Positions 1-9,912 of a stretch of 64,000 bases of DNA are shown here, piece after piece; position 1 is the stretch's first letter, and each line of letters opens with the position of its first letter. The DNA comes from Sterolibacterium sp. (lineage in GTDB: Bacteria; Pseudomonadota; Gammaproteobacteria; Burkholderiales; Rhodocyclaceae), in NCBI GenBank assembly GCA_041674385.1, contig JBAYVU010000015.1:681-64680 (forward strand). The letters are read 5' to 3'. Under the pieces are notes generated by a model, which did no database searches, was not told the origin of the DNA, and saw nothing but the letters and a program-made list of their open reading frames with translations. The translations under genes were made by a program, and so were the position numbers.

Positions 1-1194
1 TGGCGCCACGGCGAATTGAATCCGGAATCGAATGTGCAGTTCGGCGAGGGCGGTGCCGGCACTTTTTCCGACGGCAAGCTGCACAGCCAGATCAAAGACC
101 CGCAACACCGCGCCCGCAAGGTGCTGACGGAATTCGTCAAGGCCGGTGCGCCGGCGGAAATCCTTTATGTCAGCAAGCCGCATATCGGTACTTTCCGCCT
201 GGTCACCGTGGTGGAAAACCTGCGCGCCAGCATTCAGGCGCATGGCGGAGAAATTCGCTGCAACAGCCGGGTCGCCGAGCTGCTCAGCGAGAACGGCCAG
301 GTGCGCGGCGTGGAACTGAACGGCGGCGAAATCATCGCCAGCGCGCATGTCGTGCTGGCCGTCGGCCACAGCGCCCGCGATACTTTCCAGATGCTTTATC
401 GGCGGGGCATCCGGATCGAGGCCAAGCCCTTCTCGATCGGCTTGCGCATCGAGCATCCGCAGTCGCTGATCGATCGCGCCCGCTTCGGCAAATATGCGGG
501 GCATCCGCTGCTCGGTGCGGCCGATTACAAGCTGGTGCATCACTGCGACAACGGCCGCTCGGTGTACAGCTTCTGCATGTGTCCGGGCGGCACGGTGGTG
601 GCGGCGGCTTCCGAGCCCGGCGGCGTGGTCACCAACGGCATGAGCCAGTATTCGCGCAGCGAGCGCAACGCCAATAGCGCCATCGTCGTGGGCGTCACGC
701 CGGACGATTACCCGGGTTATCCCGACGATGCGCTGGCCGGGATTGCTTTCCAGCGCCATTGGGAAGAACGCGCCTTCGCCGCCGGCGGCGGCGCTTACGC
801 GGCACCGGCACAACGCGTCGGCGATTTCCTGGCCGGGCGGGCCTCCAGTGCGCAGGGTAAGGTACTGCCGTCATATGCGCCGGGCGTCAACTGGACCGAT
901 TTATCCGGCTGCCTGCCGGATTACGTCGCCGTCGCGCTGCGCCAGGCCATCCCCGCCTTCGACAGGCAGATCAAAGGATTCGCGCAGGACGATGCGGTGC
1001 TGACCGGCGTCGAGACCCGCACCTCATCGCCGATCCGCATCCAGCGGGACGCGGACTTGCAGAGCGTCAACTGCCGCGGCCTGTATCCGGCGGGGGAGGG
1101 GGCCGGATATGCCGGAGGAATACTGTCGGCGGCGGTGGACGGCATCAAGGCGGCCGAAGCGGTGGCATTGAGCCTGGCCGCGGCAAGCCGGTGA
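1..1194 (+). CDS. NAD(P)/FAD-dependent oxidoreductase (COG2509-like), 5' end cut by window edge
   Basis: The frame is open from nt 1; the track starts it at an internal TTG at 16. Motifs FGEGGAGTFSDGKL, CMCPGG and YPAGEGAGYAGGI are typical of this flavoprotein family. Confidence 0.75.
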   Translation, partial: WRHGELNPESNVQFGEGGAGTFSDGKLHSQIKDPQHRARKVLTEFVKAGAPAEILYVSKPHIGTFRLVTVVENLRASIQAHGGEIRCNSRVAELLSENGQVRGVELNGGEIIASAHVVLAVGHSARDTFQMLYRRGIRIEAKPFSIGLRIEHPQSLIDRARFGKYAGHPLLGAADYKLVHHCDNGRSVYSFCMCPGGTVVAAASEPGGVVTNGMSQYSRSERNANSAIVVGVTPDDYPGYPDDALAGIAFQRHWEERAFAAGGGAYAAPAQRVGDFLAGRASSAQGKVLPSYAPGVNWTDLSGCLPDYVAVALRQAIPAFDRQIKGFAQDDAVLTGVETRTSSPIRIQRDADLQSVNCRGLYPAGEGAGYAGGILSAAVDGIKAAEAVALSLAAASR

Positions 1195-1270
1195 CTTTCT
1201 TCCACATTCTCAAGCGAGAGCCGCTCGACTTGAAGTATTGTCGGCCGGCAAGCGGTAAAATCCCCATTTC

Positions 1271-1357
1271 GCCTCGGTGATGAAATTGGTAAACATAGCG
1301 GACTTAAAATCCGCCGCCGTCAAAGGCTTGCCGGTTCGATTCCGGCCCGAGGCACCA
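1271..1357 (+). tRNA. tRNA-Leu (anticodon UAA)
   Basis: 87-nt cloverleaf read by hand. Acceptor GCCTCGG pairs with CCGAGGC, followed by A and CCA. Anticodon stem GCGGA/TCCGC with loop CT-TAA-AA. Long variable arm and T-loop GGTTCGATTCC. Confidence 0.9.
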
Positions 1358-1383
1358 GCCATATCCTTTTGTCGGAGACTCCT

Positions 1384-1740
1384 ATGAGCAGAGTGGTTTT
1401 TCTTCTTCTGGCAGCCGGCCTGTCTTTCGTGGCGGCATGTTCCAAGACCGAATCGGACGCGAAACCGATCGCCGCCGAGCCTGCCGCAAAGCAGGCGATG
1501 AGCGGCCAGCAGGCGATGCCGCTGGATTACCAGAAAATTTGCGAACGCCTCATTCAGCTCGCGCCGGAAGCTCGCAAAGGCTCCTTGCCGCAGACTTGCG
1601 AAAAGGGCTACCGGGAGGTGATGCCGGCATGCCGCAATGCTGCGGCCGTGAACGAATGTTTCGCGAACATGAAGGTTTGGGACGAGCGTCTGGCATGCTT
1701 GGACAGTTGCGTGCGCGACGCCGGGCCGGAGAAGAAATAA
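1384..1740 (+). CDS. small lipoprotein, function unknown
   Basis: ATG at 1384 is preceded by GGAG (1374-1377). Signal peptide MSRVVFLLLAAGLSFVAAC carries a lipobox Cys. Several further Cys follow in the mature part. Confidence 0.6.
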   Translation: MSRVVFLLLAAGLSFVAACSKTESDAKPIAAEPAAKQAMSGQQAMPLDYQKICERLIQLAPEARKGSLPQTCEKGYREVMPACRNAAAVNECFANMKVWDERLACLDSCVRDAGPEKK

Positions 1741-1841
1741 GGGCGCGGTCAAGCCGTCGCGTTAATGCCGTGTGTAGTGTGTAGTGTGTATACCGCCGGC
1801 TTTATGCGCCACAGGGATTGTTCCAAGAGACCGTTTGCCCA

Positions 1842-3047
1842 TCATCCATCATTTTCCTGCGTGGATGGAGGCGCCGAACTCGGCGGCGGGTCGCTGAGGG
1901 AATCCTGAAACTGGCGCTGGATTTCTTTGACCTTTTGCGCATTGAATATCAGCGCCTCGACACAGTTTTCGTCGAACTTTGAGCGTGCCAGCTTGCGCAG
2001 CCAGGCGAAGGTTTCGTCGTTGTTCCAGGTGGGTTTGTAGGGACGCGCGCTGGTCAGCGCATCGAAGACGTCCGCCACGGCGACGATGCGCGCTTCCAGC
2101 GGAATTTCGCTGCCGTGCAAGCCGTGGGGATAACCGCTGCCATCCATGTTTTCATGGTGGAACTCGGCGATATGGCGCAGCAGGTCGAGCCCGTCGAGTT
2201 GCTCCAAGCCGAAATTGTGGACGATCGATTCGATGATCGCGCGACCGCGCAGCGTATGCTGCTTCATCTCGTTCCGTTCCGCGTCCGACAGCCGTCCGGG
2301 CTTGAGAAGGATGCGGTCGGGCATGGCGAGCTTGCCCAGATCGTGCAAGGGGGCAAATTCGAAGATGCGCTCGATGGTGGCATCGTCGAGCGAGGCAACC
2401 CCTGTCGCGGCCAGGTGCTGAGCGATCAGGCGGGCATAGCGCGACACGCGGTCGATGTGCGCCCCGGTTTCCGGATCGCGGTAGTGCACCAGGTCGTGCG
2501 CGGTCTTGACCGCGGAGGCAAGAATCCGGACGGCCAGCATTTCGGCGGTGACGACCGCGGAAATCAGGTGGGCATAGACGTCAAGCGTGCGTAGCGCCGA
2601 TTTTTTGAGTGGGCCGCGAGTGCGCGAGTTGAAGAAAATAAATCCCCAGAAGGCGCCGTCGAAGTACATGGGAACGGTGTAGCTGGATTTGAATCCCGTC
2701 TCCGCGATGATCGAGGTATGCACATGAGGGTTTCGGCGGAAGATGTCCAGGTCGTTGACCACGCGCGACCGGCCGGCAGCCAGGATATCCCCGAGCGAGG
2801 GCGAGTCCGCGAGGCGCGACTCGTAGCGCACCAGATCGTTGCGTCCCGGCGAACTGGCAAGAAAGGTCTTGAGCAGGTCGGTGGCGGGATCGTATGCGGC
2901 TACCGAGATACGGTCGACGAAGTCCAGGTCGGCATACAGGGCTTCATGGATCGCGGCGAGCTTGTCGTCCAGCGGAATACTCCTGTTGAGCACGTCGAGC
3001 GCGTCGATGTGCTTAAAGAGTCCGGGGTTTTGGATGTTCTCGGCCAC
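1842..3047 (-). CDS. HD-GYP domain c-di-GMP phosphodiesterase with N-terminal GAF-like sensor region
   Basis: Motifs HDLGKL and HHENMDGSGYPHGL are present. GTG start at 3047 is preceded by AGGAA. Confidence 0.8.
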   Translation of the reverse strand: MAENIQNPGLFKHIDALDVLNRSIPLDDKLAAIHEALYADLDFVDRISVAAYDPATDLLKTFLASSPGRNDLVRYESRLADSPSLGDILAAGRSRVVNDLDIFRRNPHVHTSIIAETGFKSSYTVPMYFDGAFWGFIFFNSRTRGPLKKSALRTLDVYAHLISAVVTAEMLAVRILASAVKTAHDLVHYRDPETGAHIDRVSRYARLIAQHLAATGVASLDDATIERIFEFAPLHDLGKLAMPDRILLKPGRLSDAERNEMKQHTLRGRAIIESIVHNFGLEQLDGLDLLRHIAEFHHENMDGSGYPHGLHGSEIPLEARIVAVADVFDALTSARPYKPTWNNDETFAWLRKLARSKFDENCVEALIFNAQKVKEIQRQFQDSLSDPPPSSAPPSTQENDG

Positions 3048-3159
3048 AGTGGGATTCCTGAAAATCAGCGTTTATTCTAATCTTCAGCAGGCCCTGGGCG
3101 TGCCGGTTTCAGTGCTTGATGCGGCGCCTGCCAATGCCGACGGGTAGGCGGCAGGCGGG

Positions 3160-3720
3160 CTATTTCTTTTCTTTGGTGTTTTCTTCGGCCGGCGGCGCCG
3201 TGAAATTGGGAAACTGGAAACCGGCAAACAAGTTGCGCGTCTGGCCCTGAACCTGTTCCTGCAGCTGCTGGAACATTTTCTGGCTCTGCTCCATGTAGGT
3301 GCCCATCATGCTCTGCATGGCGGGTCCCTGGAAACTGAGAAACTGCGCCCAAAGGTCGTTGCTCATGGCGGGATTGTCGTGCGCCTGCTCCTTGAGTTTG
3401 GCCTGGATATCGGAGAATGCCTTGATGTTGCCTTCCAGATATTTGCCCATCATTCCCTGCATGGCGTTGCCGTAGAAGCGGATCATCTGCGACAACAGGT
3501 CGCTGGTGAACATCGGCGCGCCGCCCGCCTCCTCTTCGAGAATGATCTGCAACAGGACGCTGCGCGTCAGGTCCTCGCCGCTCTTGACGTCCACCACCTG
3601 GAAATCCTCGTGATGCAGTACCAGCGCCTTGACATCAGCCAGCGTGATATAGGTGCTGGTGCGGGTGTCGTAGAGGCGACGGTTCGGGTATTTCTTGATC
3701 AGTCTCAACGGCTCGGCCAT
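3160..3720 (-). CDS. phaR: polyhydroxyalkanoate synthesis repressor PhaR
   Basis: N-terminus MAEPLRLIKKYPNRRLYDTRTSTYITLADV is the conserved PhaR signature. The ATG at 3720 was verified in the DNA. The 357-aa track ORF is a 5' over-extension. Confidence 0.9.
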   Translation of the reverse strand: MAEPLRLIKKYPNRRLYDTRTSTYITLADVKALVLHHEDFQVVDVKSGEDLTRSVLLQIILEEEAGGAPMFTSDLLSQMIRFYGNAMQGMMGKYLEGNIKAFSDIQAKLKEQAHDNPAMSNDLWAQFLSFQGPAMQSMMGTYMEQSQKMFQQLQEQVQGQTRNLFAGFQFPNFTAPPAEENTKEKK

Positions 3721-3803
3721 CGCATTAGTCCTCCGGGTAGCAGCAGTCAATCCATTATATTTCTTAACCCCGCCTCGGCAGGGTATCCAAGACAAAATCC
3801 CTG

Positions 3804-4547
3804 TCAGTACATGTGCAGGCCGCCGTTGATGTTGAGGGTCGCCCCGGTCATATAGCCGGCCAGATCGGAACACAGGTAGGAGCACAGGGCGCCGATTTCC
3901 TCCGGCTTGCCGAAACGCTTCATCGGGATGCCGTCGATAATTCCCGCGCGAACGTCGTCGCGGATGGCCATGACCATTTTGGTGGCGATATAGCCCGGTG
4001 CGATGGCGTTCACGGTGACGCCCTTGGCGACCAGTTCCTGCGCCAGCGCCTTGGTGAAGCCGAGGATGCCGGCCTTGGCTGCGGAATAGTTGGTCTGCCC
4101 GGCTTGGCCGCGAACGCCATTGACCGAGGAGATGTTGATGATGCGTCCCCAGCCGCGTGCGGCCATCTTCGCCGAGACATGGTGGGTGACATTGAACACG
4201 CTGTCCAGGTTGGTCGCCATCACCGCGTCCCACATGCCGCGATCCATCTTGGGGAAGAATCTGTCGCGGGTGATGCCGGCATTGTTCACCAGGATATCGA
4301 TCGGACCCGCCTTGGTTTCGGCTTCGGCCACCAGCGCCCGGGATGATTCATAGTCGGATACGTCGCCGGCCGCCGTGATGAAACCGTTGAAGCCCGCCGC
4401 CGCCATCTCGGCCAGCCATTCTTCCGGCTTGTCCAACTCGGGATGATAAGCTGCCACGACCTTGTAGCCGTCCTTGGCGAATGTCTGGCAGATGGCGGTG
4501 CCAAGACCGCCCATTGCGCCGGTAACCAATGCCACTCTGATAGTCAT
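3804..4547 (-). CDS. phaB: acetoacetyl-CoA reductase (SDR), paralog 2
   Basis: Motifs TGAMGGLG, NNAGITRD, YSAAKAG and the C-terminal NGGLHMY are present. ATG at 4547 was verified. Confidence 0.85.
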   Translation of the reverse strand: MTIRVALVTGAMGGLGTAICQTFAKDGYKVVAAYHPELDKPEEWLAEMAAAGFNGFITAAGDVSDYESSRALVAEAETKAGPIDILVNNAGITRDRFFPKMDRGMWDAVMATNLDSVFNVTHHVSAKMAARGWGRIINISSVNGVRGQAGQTNYSAAKAGILGFTKALAQELVAKGVTVNAIAPGYIATKMVMAIRDDVRAGIIDGIPMKRFGKPEEIGALCSYLCSDLAGYMTGATLNINGGLHMY

Positions 4548-4616
4548 CTTCTTTCTTCCTAGATTAAAAAATCGTTTGCCAGGGCGCGTTCCGCCAGCCA
4601 TGCGTCCTGTTCGGCA

Positions 4617-5357
4617 TCAGTACATATGCTGACCGCCATTGATCGAGATATTGGCCCCGTTAACGAATGCCGCTTCCTCGGAGGACAGGTAAGCCACCAA
4701 GCCGGCGACTTCTTCCGGCTTGCCCAGGCGCGACATCGGGATCTGCGGGAGGATCTTGGAATCCAGCACTTCCTTGGGGATCGCCGTGACCATCCTGGTG
4801 CCGATGTAGCCGGGCGAAATGGTGTTGACGGTCACGCCTTGCTTTGCCACCTCCAATGCCAGCGACTTGGTGAAGCCGTGCACCCCGGCCTTGGCGGCCG
4901 CATAGTTGGTCTGGCCGAAGGCGCCCTTCTGGCCATTCACCGAGGAGATGTTGATGATGCGGCCCCAGTTGCGCTCGACCATGCTTTCCATCACTTGCTT
5001 GGTCATGTTGAAAACCGAGTCGAGATTGGTATGCATCACGGCATCCCAGTCGGCCTTGGTCATTCTCTTGAAGGTCATGTCGCGTGTGATGCCGGCGTTG
5101 TTGACCAGCACATCGATCGGCCCCAGGTCCTTGACGATTTGTTCGACGCAGGCCTTGCACGAATCGTAGCTGGCCACATCGCATGGGTAGGCCTTGAAGC
5201 TGTAGCCCTTGTCATTCATGGCGTTCAACCATTCTTGCGCCCTGTTGTTGCGGGGGCTGTAGGTGGTGACCACTTTATCGCCCAGCGCAGCCAGTTTGAT
5301 GCAGATTGCCTCACCCAGCCCCCCCATGCCGCCGGTTACCAGAGCCACTCTTTGCAT
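4617..5357 (-). CDS. phaB: acetoacetyl-CoA reductase (SDR), paralog 1
   Basis: Motifs TGGMGGLG, NNAGITRD, YAAAKAG and the C-terminal NGGQHMY are present. Confidence 0.9.
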   Translation of the reverse strand: MQRVALVTGGMGGLGEAICIKLAALGDKVVTTYSPRNNRAQEWLNAMNDKGYSFKAYPCDVASYDSCKACVEQIVKDLGPIDVLVNNAGITRDMTFKRMTKADWDAVMHTNLDSVFNMTKQVMESMVERNWGRIINISSVNGQKGAFGQTNYAAAKAGVHGFTKSLALEVAKQGVTVNTISPGYIGTRMVTAIPKEVLDSKILPQIPMSRLGKPEEVAGLVAYLSSEEAAFVNGANISINGGQHMY

Positions 5358-5434
5358 GATTTGTCTCCTCGTTTTGGTTTATAAGGAAAAACGAGCTTCG
5401 GCCGTGGCGCATTCCGGTTCGCGCTGCCACCCTG

Positions 5435-7186
5435 TCATGATGCCGCTTTTTCCTTGACGTAGCTTCCCGGTGCGGTTTCGCCGGCCGGATAGTCGGTATT
5501 GCCGAGGCGCACCCGCGCCGCGCGCTGCTTGCCGGCGAAGCCGGCCAGCCATTTTGCCCAGTACGACCACCAACTGCCTGGATGTTCGACAGCGCCGGCC
5601 AGCCATTCATCCGGATTGCCGCTGCCGCTATCGCCGACCCAGTAGCTGCGCTTGTTCTTCGTTGCCGGGTTGATGACCCCAGCAATATGACCGCTGGCGC
5701 CCATGACAAAGGTATTGTCCCCGCCGAGCAGGCTGCGCGACTGGTAAGAGGCTTTCCACGGCACGATGTGATCCTCGCGCGAGGCGTACAGGAAGGCCGG
5801 CATATCGACGCGTCCGAGGTCGACCTCGACACCGCACATGTTGAGCTTGCCCGGTACCCGCAAACTGTTCTCCAGATACAGGTTGCGCAGATACCAGGCA
5901 GCAAACGGCCCCGGTAGGTTGGTCCCGTCGGCGTTCCAGTAAAGCAGGTCGAACGCCGCGGGCTTGTTGCCTTTCAAGTAATTGCCGACGACGTATTGCC
6001 AGATCAGGTCGTTGGCCCGCAGCATGGAGAACACCGAAGCCAGTTCGTTGCTTTTTAGCAAGCCGCCCTTGCCGATGGTCGTCTCGCGGCTCTGCACCGA
6101 GGCCTCGTCGATGAAGCAGCCGAGTTCTCCCGGCTCGGAAAAGTCGAGCAGGGTAGTCAGCAGAGTCAGCGAAGCGGCAGGATCTTCGCCGCGCGCCCTG
6201 GCGACGGCCAGCGCCGAGCTGAGTATCGTGCCGCCGACGCAAAAGCCCAAGGCATTGACCTGCTTCACCTTGCAGATCGAGCGTGCCGCCTGGAGCGCAG
6301 CGAGCACGCCCTTTTCCAGGTAGTCGTCCCAGCTCAGGTGGCCGAGATCGGCCTTGGGATTGCGCCAGGACACCATGAATACGGTGTTGCCTTGTTCCAC
6401 CGCGTAGCGGACCAGGGAGTTCTCCGGTTGCAGGTCGAGAATGTAATACTTGTTGATGCAGGGCGGCACCATCACCAGCGGCCGTTCGCCCACTTTCTTG
6501 GTTGTCGGCGAATACTGGATCAGTTGGATCAACTCGTTCTCGAACACCACCGCACCGGGCGACATCGCCAGGTTGCAGCCCACTTCGAAGGCCGTATCGT
6601 CGGTCATCGAGATGCTGCCTTTGCCGATATCGGCGATCAGGTTCTTGATCCCGGCGGTGATGCTTTCTCCTTGCGTGGCCAGCGCAGTCTTGATGAACTC
6701 GGGATTGGTGGCGGCAAAATTCGAGGGTGCCAGCGCATCGACGTACTGGCGCGTGAAAAAACGTAAGCGGCTCTTTTCCCTGGCGTCGGCGAGTTGCATT
6801 GCATCGACCGTCTTGTCGAGGAACTCGGCATTGAGCAGATAGGCCTGGCGCAAATAATCGTATATCGGACTCTCCGTCCATTCCGGCGCGGCGAAGCGTC
6901 GATCGCCCGGTTCGGGCAGCGCCACCGCCGGCGCGGGTTGGCCGGGCTGGCGGTTGATTTGCGCCTGCCACAACCGGGCATGGCGGGCAGCGAACTCCTG
7001 CTGCAATTTGTTGAATTCGTCGGGAGGCACGGCGGAACCGGCGCCCGGAGGCAAGCCGCCCATCCCCTTTTGCTGTAGCGAGGCGCGCTGGGACGTCAAA
7101 TACTGGGCAAACCCCTGACTCCAGGCCTGGCTGGCCTGCCACATGGACTGCATGGCTTGCGCCGCAGGATCGGGTGTATCTGCCAT
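5435..7186 (-). CDS. phaC: class I poly(R)-hydroxyalkanoate synthase
   Basis: Lipase-box GFCVGGT is present. The length (583 aa) and the context with phaB and phaR fit. ATG at 7186 is preceded by AAGGAG. Confidence 0.9.
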   Translation of the reverse strand: MADTPDPAAQAMQSMWQASQAWSQGFAQYLTSQRASLQQKGMGGLPPGAGSAVPPDEFNKLQQEFAARHARLWQAQINRQPGQPAPAVALPEPGDRRFAAPEWTESPIYDYLRQAYLLNAEFLDKTVDAMQLADAREKSRLRFFTRQYVDALAPSNFAATNPEFIKTALATQGESITAGIKNLIADIGKGSISMTDDTAFEVGCNLAMSPGAVVFENELIQLIQYSPTTKKVGERPLVMVPPCINKYYILDLQPENSLVRYAVEQGNTVFMVSWRNPKADLGHLSWDDYLEKGVLAALQAARSICKVKQVNALGFCVGGTILSSALAVARARGEDPAASLTLLTTLLDFSEPGELGCFIDEASVQSRETTIGKGGLLKSNELASVFSMLRANDLIWQYVVGNYLKGNKPAAFDLLYWNADGTNLPGPFAAWYLRNLYLENSLRVPGKLNMCGVEVDLGRVDMPAFLYASREDHIVPWKASYQSRSLLGGDNTFVMGASGHIAGVINPATKNKRSYWVGDSGSGNPDEWLAGAVEHPGSWWSYWAKWLAGFAGKQRAARVRLGNTDYPAGETAPGSYVKEKAAS

Positions 7187-7241
7187 CCATTGCTCCTTGT
7201 ATGCGGCCGGGATAGTTACAGGCCGCGCCGCGCTCGGGCGG

Positions 7242-7270
7242 ATTTTGCATTGCAACAAAAGTGCTGTCAA
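7242..7270 (-). promoter_or_regulatory. candidate sigma70 promoter of phaC
   Basis: On the minus strand: TTGACA, 17-nt spacer, CAAAAT. It lies about 55 nt upstream of the phaC ATG. Confidence 0.3.
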
Positions 7271-7294
7271 GGCTGGAAAAACCTTGCTATTGGC

Positions 7295-8479
7295 TTATTT
7301 TGCCGAAGCTGCCTGCATACGTTCCAGCGCCTCATCGAGCAAGCTGCGCGGACAGCCGAAATTGAGCCGCACGAAACCGCTGGCATCGCCGACGCGGGCG
7401 GGAAGGCTGGGGGAGAAGTCGGCACCGTCGGAGAGCCCGACGCCGGCTTGTTCGAAGAAGCGCTGCGGGTTGGTTATGCCACGCATCCGGCAGAGTTGGC
7501 GCGCATCGATCCAGGCCAGATAGGTGGCTTCGACATGGCTCATGCTGAGACCGGGCATCAGCATGATTCGTTGTTCGACCCGGTCGCGGTTGCCGCGCAA
7601 ATAATCCAGCAGCGCCGCATGCCAGGGCCCGGCGTGACGATAGGCCGCCTCGCTCGCTGCCAGTCCGAGGACATTGACATGCGGCACGATACCCTGCATC
7701 GCCTGATGAAAGGCGCGGCGCAAGCCGCTATCGGGAATCACCGCGAAGGCGCAGCCCAGCCCGGGAATATTGAAAGTCTTGGAAGGCGCCATCAGCGTGA
7801 TACTGCGCCTGGCGGCAGCAGGAGAGAGCGTGGCAAACGGTTGGTGGCGCAGTTCCTGATCGAGGATCAGGCCGCAATGGATTTCGTCCGAGCAGACGAT
7901 CAGGTCGTGCCGTTCGGCAAACGCCGCGATCTCGCGCAACTCGTCTGGGCGCCAGACGCGTCCGACCGGATTGTGCGGATGGCACAGCAGGAACAGCCGG
8001 GTGGCGGGTGTCAGCGCCGCTTCGAGCGCGGCGAAGTCCCATGTCCAACGGTCTGCGTTGTGGGCGAGCGGGGCGCTGACGACGCGGCGTTGCGAGAAGT
8101 GCGGGGCGGACAAAAACGGGGGATAGATCGGCGTGGCAGTCAAAACTTCCTGGCCTGCCTCGCCGACCGCGCGGCAGGCGACATTCAGCCCGGTCACCAG
8201 GCCCGGCAGCCACACCAGCCAGTCCGCTTCAACCTGCCAATGATATTCGCTGGCCAGGTGAGCCAACAGCGCGGCTGTCAATGATGGCTGCGGCCCGCCG
8301 TAGCCGAGCACGCCGTGCTCGACACGCTGCCGCAATGCTTCGAGCACCGCCGGCGGCGCGGCAAAGTCCATGTCGGCGACCCACAGCGGGATCACCGCAG
8401 GATCACGGCCGGCGTACTTGCCCCACTTGAGCGAGTCGCTGCCGCTGCGGTCGATGATCCTGTCGAAATCGAAGTCCAT
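7295..8479 (-). CDS. PLP-dependent C-S lyase / cystathionine beta-lyase, MalY/PatB family
   Basis: N-terminus FDRIIDRSGSDSLKWGKY is family-typical. PLP-lysine motif APSKTFNIPG is present. Confidence 0.8.
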   Translation of the reverse strand: MDFDFDRIIDRSGSDSLKWGKYAGRDPAVIPLWVADMDFAAPPAVLEALRQRVEHGVLGYGGPQPSLTAALLAHLASEYHWQVEADWLVWLPGLVTGLNVACRAVGEAGQEVLTATPIYPPFLSAPHFSQRRVVSAPLAHNADRWTWDFAALEAALTPATRLFLLCHPHNPVGRVWRPDELREIAAFAERHDLIVCSDEIHCGLILDQELRHQPFATLSPAAARRSITLMAPSKTFNIPGLGCAFAVIPDSGLRRAFHQAMQGIVPHVNVLGLAASEAAYRHAGPWHAALLDYLRGNRDRVEQRIMLMPGLSMSHVEATYLAWIDARQLCRMRGITNPQRFFEQAGVGLSDGADFSPSLPARVGDASGFVRLNFGCPRSLLDEALERMQAASAK

Positions 8480-8526
8480 GTTTTAAGCTTCGCAACCTCA
8501 ACCAGGGCCGCAGGCCCCGTCTTGAA

Positions 8527-8817
8527 CTAGTTTCGCCTGTCGCGATCGACGGGGGGGATATAGCTGGCCTTGCATTCCTCGAAACCGTCATACCAACCGT
8601 TGGTGTAAAGTTTGTCCGAGGCGATGCGGCCGGCGTCTTTTTTGTACTTGGTGCTGGAATGCACGATGTCGGCCTGGCCCGACTGACATCCGTCGGCATA
8701 CCCATCCTGATATGCCGGCGGCCGGTTGCGCGTTCTGTCCCGTATCAGATGGTCTGACGACGAGGCGCATCCGACCATCATTGCGGCCACCACCAACATG
8801 CCATATCTGTTTTTCAT
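8527..8817 (-). CDS. small lipoprotein, function unknown
   Basis: Signal peptide MKNRYGMLVVAAMMVGC carries a lipobox. Confidence 0.55.
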   Translation of the reverse strand: MKNRYGMLVVAAMMVGCASSSDHLIRDRTRNRPPAYQDGYADGCQSGQADIVHSSTKYKKDAGRIASDKLYTNGWYDGFEECKASYIPPVDRDRRN

Positions 8818-8845
8818 ATGCTGCTCTCCCTACTGAAATAGGCTC

Positions 8846-9790
8846 TTACAGCCCCGGATCCTCGCCGCCGCCGCGCAAGCTTGCTTCGATCGCCTTGCGC
8901 GTCAAATGCGGCGCGAACAGCTCGATAAATACGTAGGCATAACCGCGCAGCCAGGCGTCCTTGCGGACGCCGATGCGTGTCGTGCTCGATTCGAACAGAT
9001 GGGTGGCGTCGAGTTTGCGCAGCCCCTTGTCGCGCTCCGGATCGAATGCCATCGCGGCCATCAAGCCGACGCCGAGGCCCAGCGCGACATAGGTCTTGAT
9101 GATGTCGGCATCGATGGCGGTGAGCACGACATTCGGCTGGAGATTGCGCACCGCGAAGGCTTGGTTGATTTTGTTGCGGCCGGCGAAGGCCGAGTCATAG
9201 GTGACCAGCGGGTAGCGGGCGATGGCTTCCAAGGTCAGCAGCGATTCCTTCAGGATCGGGTGACGCGGCGGCGCCACCACGCAGTGGTTCCACTGGTAGC
9301 AAGGCATCGTTACGAGCTTGTCCGGATACTGGTCGATCGACTCGGTGGCGATGGCGATGTCGGATTTTCCGGCGATCACCCATTCGCAGATCTGGGTCGG
9401 GCTGCCCTGGTGCAGTTCCAGGCGCACCTTGGGGTAGCGCGCCATGAAGGCTTTCACCGCCTGCGGCAGCGCGTAGCGGGCCTGGGTATGGGTGGTGGCG
9501 ATGGAGAGGCTGCCGGCGGTTTCGTTGCTGAATTCGTCGCCGACCTGCTTGAGGTTGGCCAGTTCGCGCAGCGCGCGCTCGGCGATGGCGAGGATTTGCC
9601 GGCCCGGATCGGTGATGCCGGTCAGCCGCTTGCCGTGCCTGACGAAAATGTCGACGCCGATTTCCTCCTCGAACAGCCGGATCTGCTTGGAAACGCCGGG
9701 CTGCGAGGTATACAGCGCCGTTGCGGCCTCGGAGATGTTGAGGTTCTGCCTGGCGACTTCATACACGTAGCGCAGTTGCTGGATGTTCAT
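8846..9790 (-). CDS. cysB: LysR-family regulator, CysB type
   Basis: N-terminus MNIQQLRYVYEVARQNLNISEAATALYTSQPGVSKQIR is CysB/Cbl-like. The gene is divergent from the sulfite reductase operon. Confidence 0.8.
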   Translation of the reverse strand: MNIQQLRYVYEVARQNLNISEAATALYTSQPGVSKQIRLFEEEIGVDIFVRHGKRLTGITDPGRQILAIAERALRELANLKQVGDEFSNETAGSLSIATTHTQARYALPQAVKAFMARYPKVRLELHQGSPTQICEWVIAGKSDIAIATESIDQYPDKLVTMPCYQWNHCVVAPPRHPILKESLLTLEAIARYPLVTYDSAFAGRNKINQAFAVRNLQPNVVLTAIDADIIKTYVALGLGVGLMAAMAFDPERDKGLRKLDATHLFESSTTRIGVRKDAWLRGYAYVFIELFAPHLTRKAIEASLRGGGEDPGL

Positions 9791-9912
9791 GGAGATGAGT
9801 ATGGGCTTTGTCCATATGTCTTTTCGTTATTTGTATTAAACAACAAAGTATTTTGTTCGTCTATAGCAAATCGCTACGATGCACGGCAACCCACCACCTT
9901 TCGAGAACCCGC

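Noticed and set aside
1771-1792. Short tandem repeat GTGTAGT x about 3 between convergent genes
   Set aside because: It is too short to be a CRISPR array or a meaningful satellite, and is probably slippage noise in a terminator region.
3160-4233. 357-aa ORF fusing the PhaR frame with upstream sequence
   Set aside because: The PhaR signature begins at the internal ATG at 3720. The upstream part overlaps phaB in another frame.
5628-7250. 540-aa alternate-frame ORF inside phaC
   Set aside because: It lies on the same strand as phaC in a different frame and is Arg/Gly/Ala-rich. phaC carries the lipase box.
8403-8770. ORFs overlapping the small lipoprotein gene
   Set aside because: They are alternate-frame overlaps. 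The lipoprotein frame has a proper signal peptide and lipobox.
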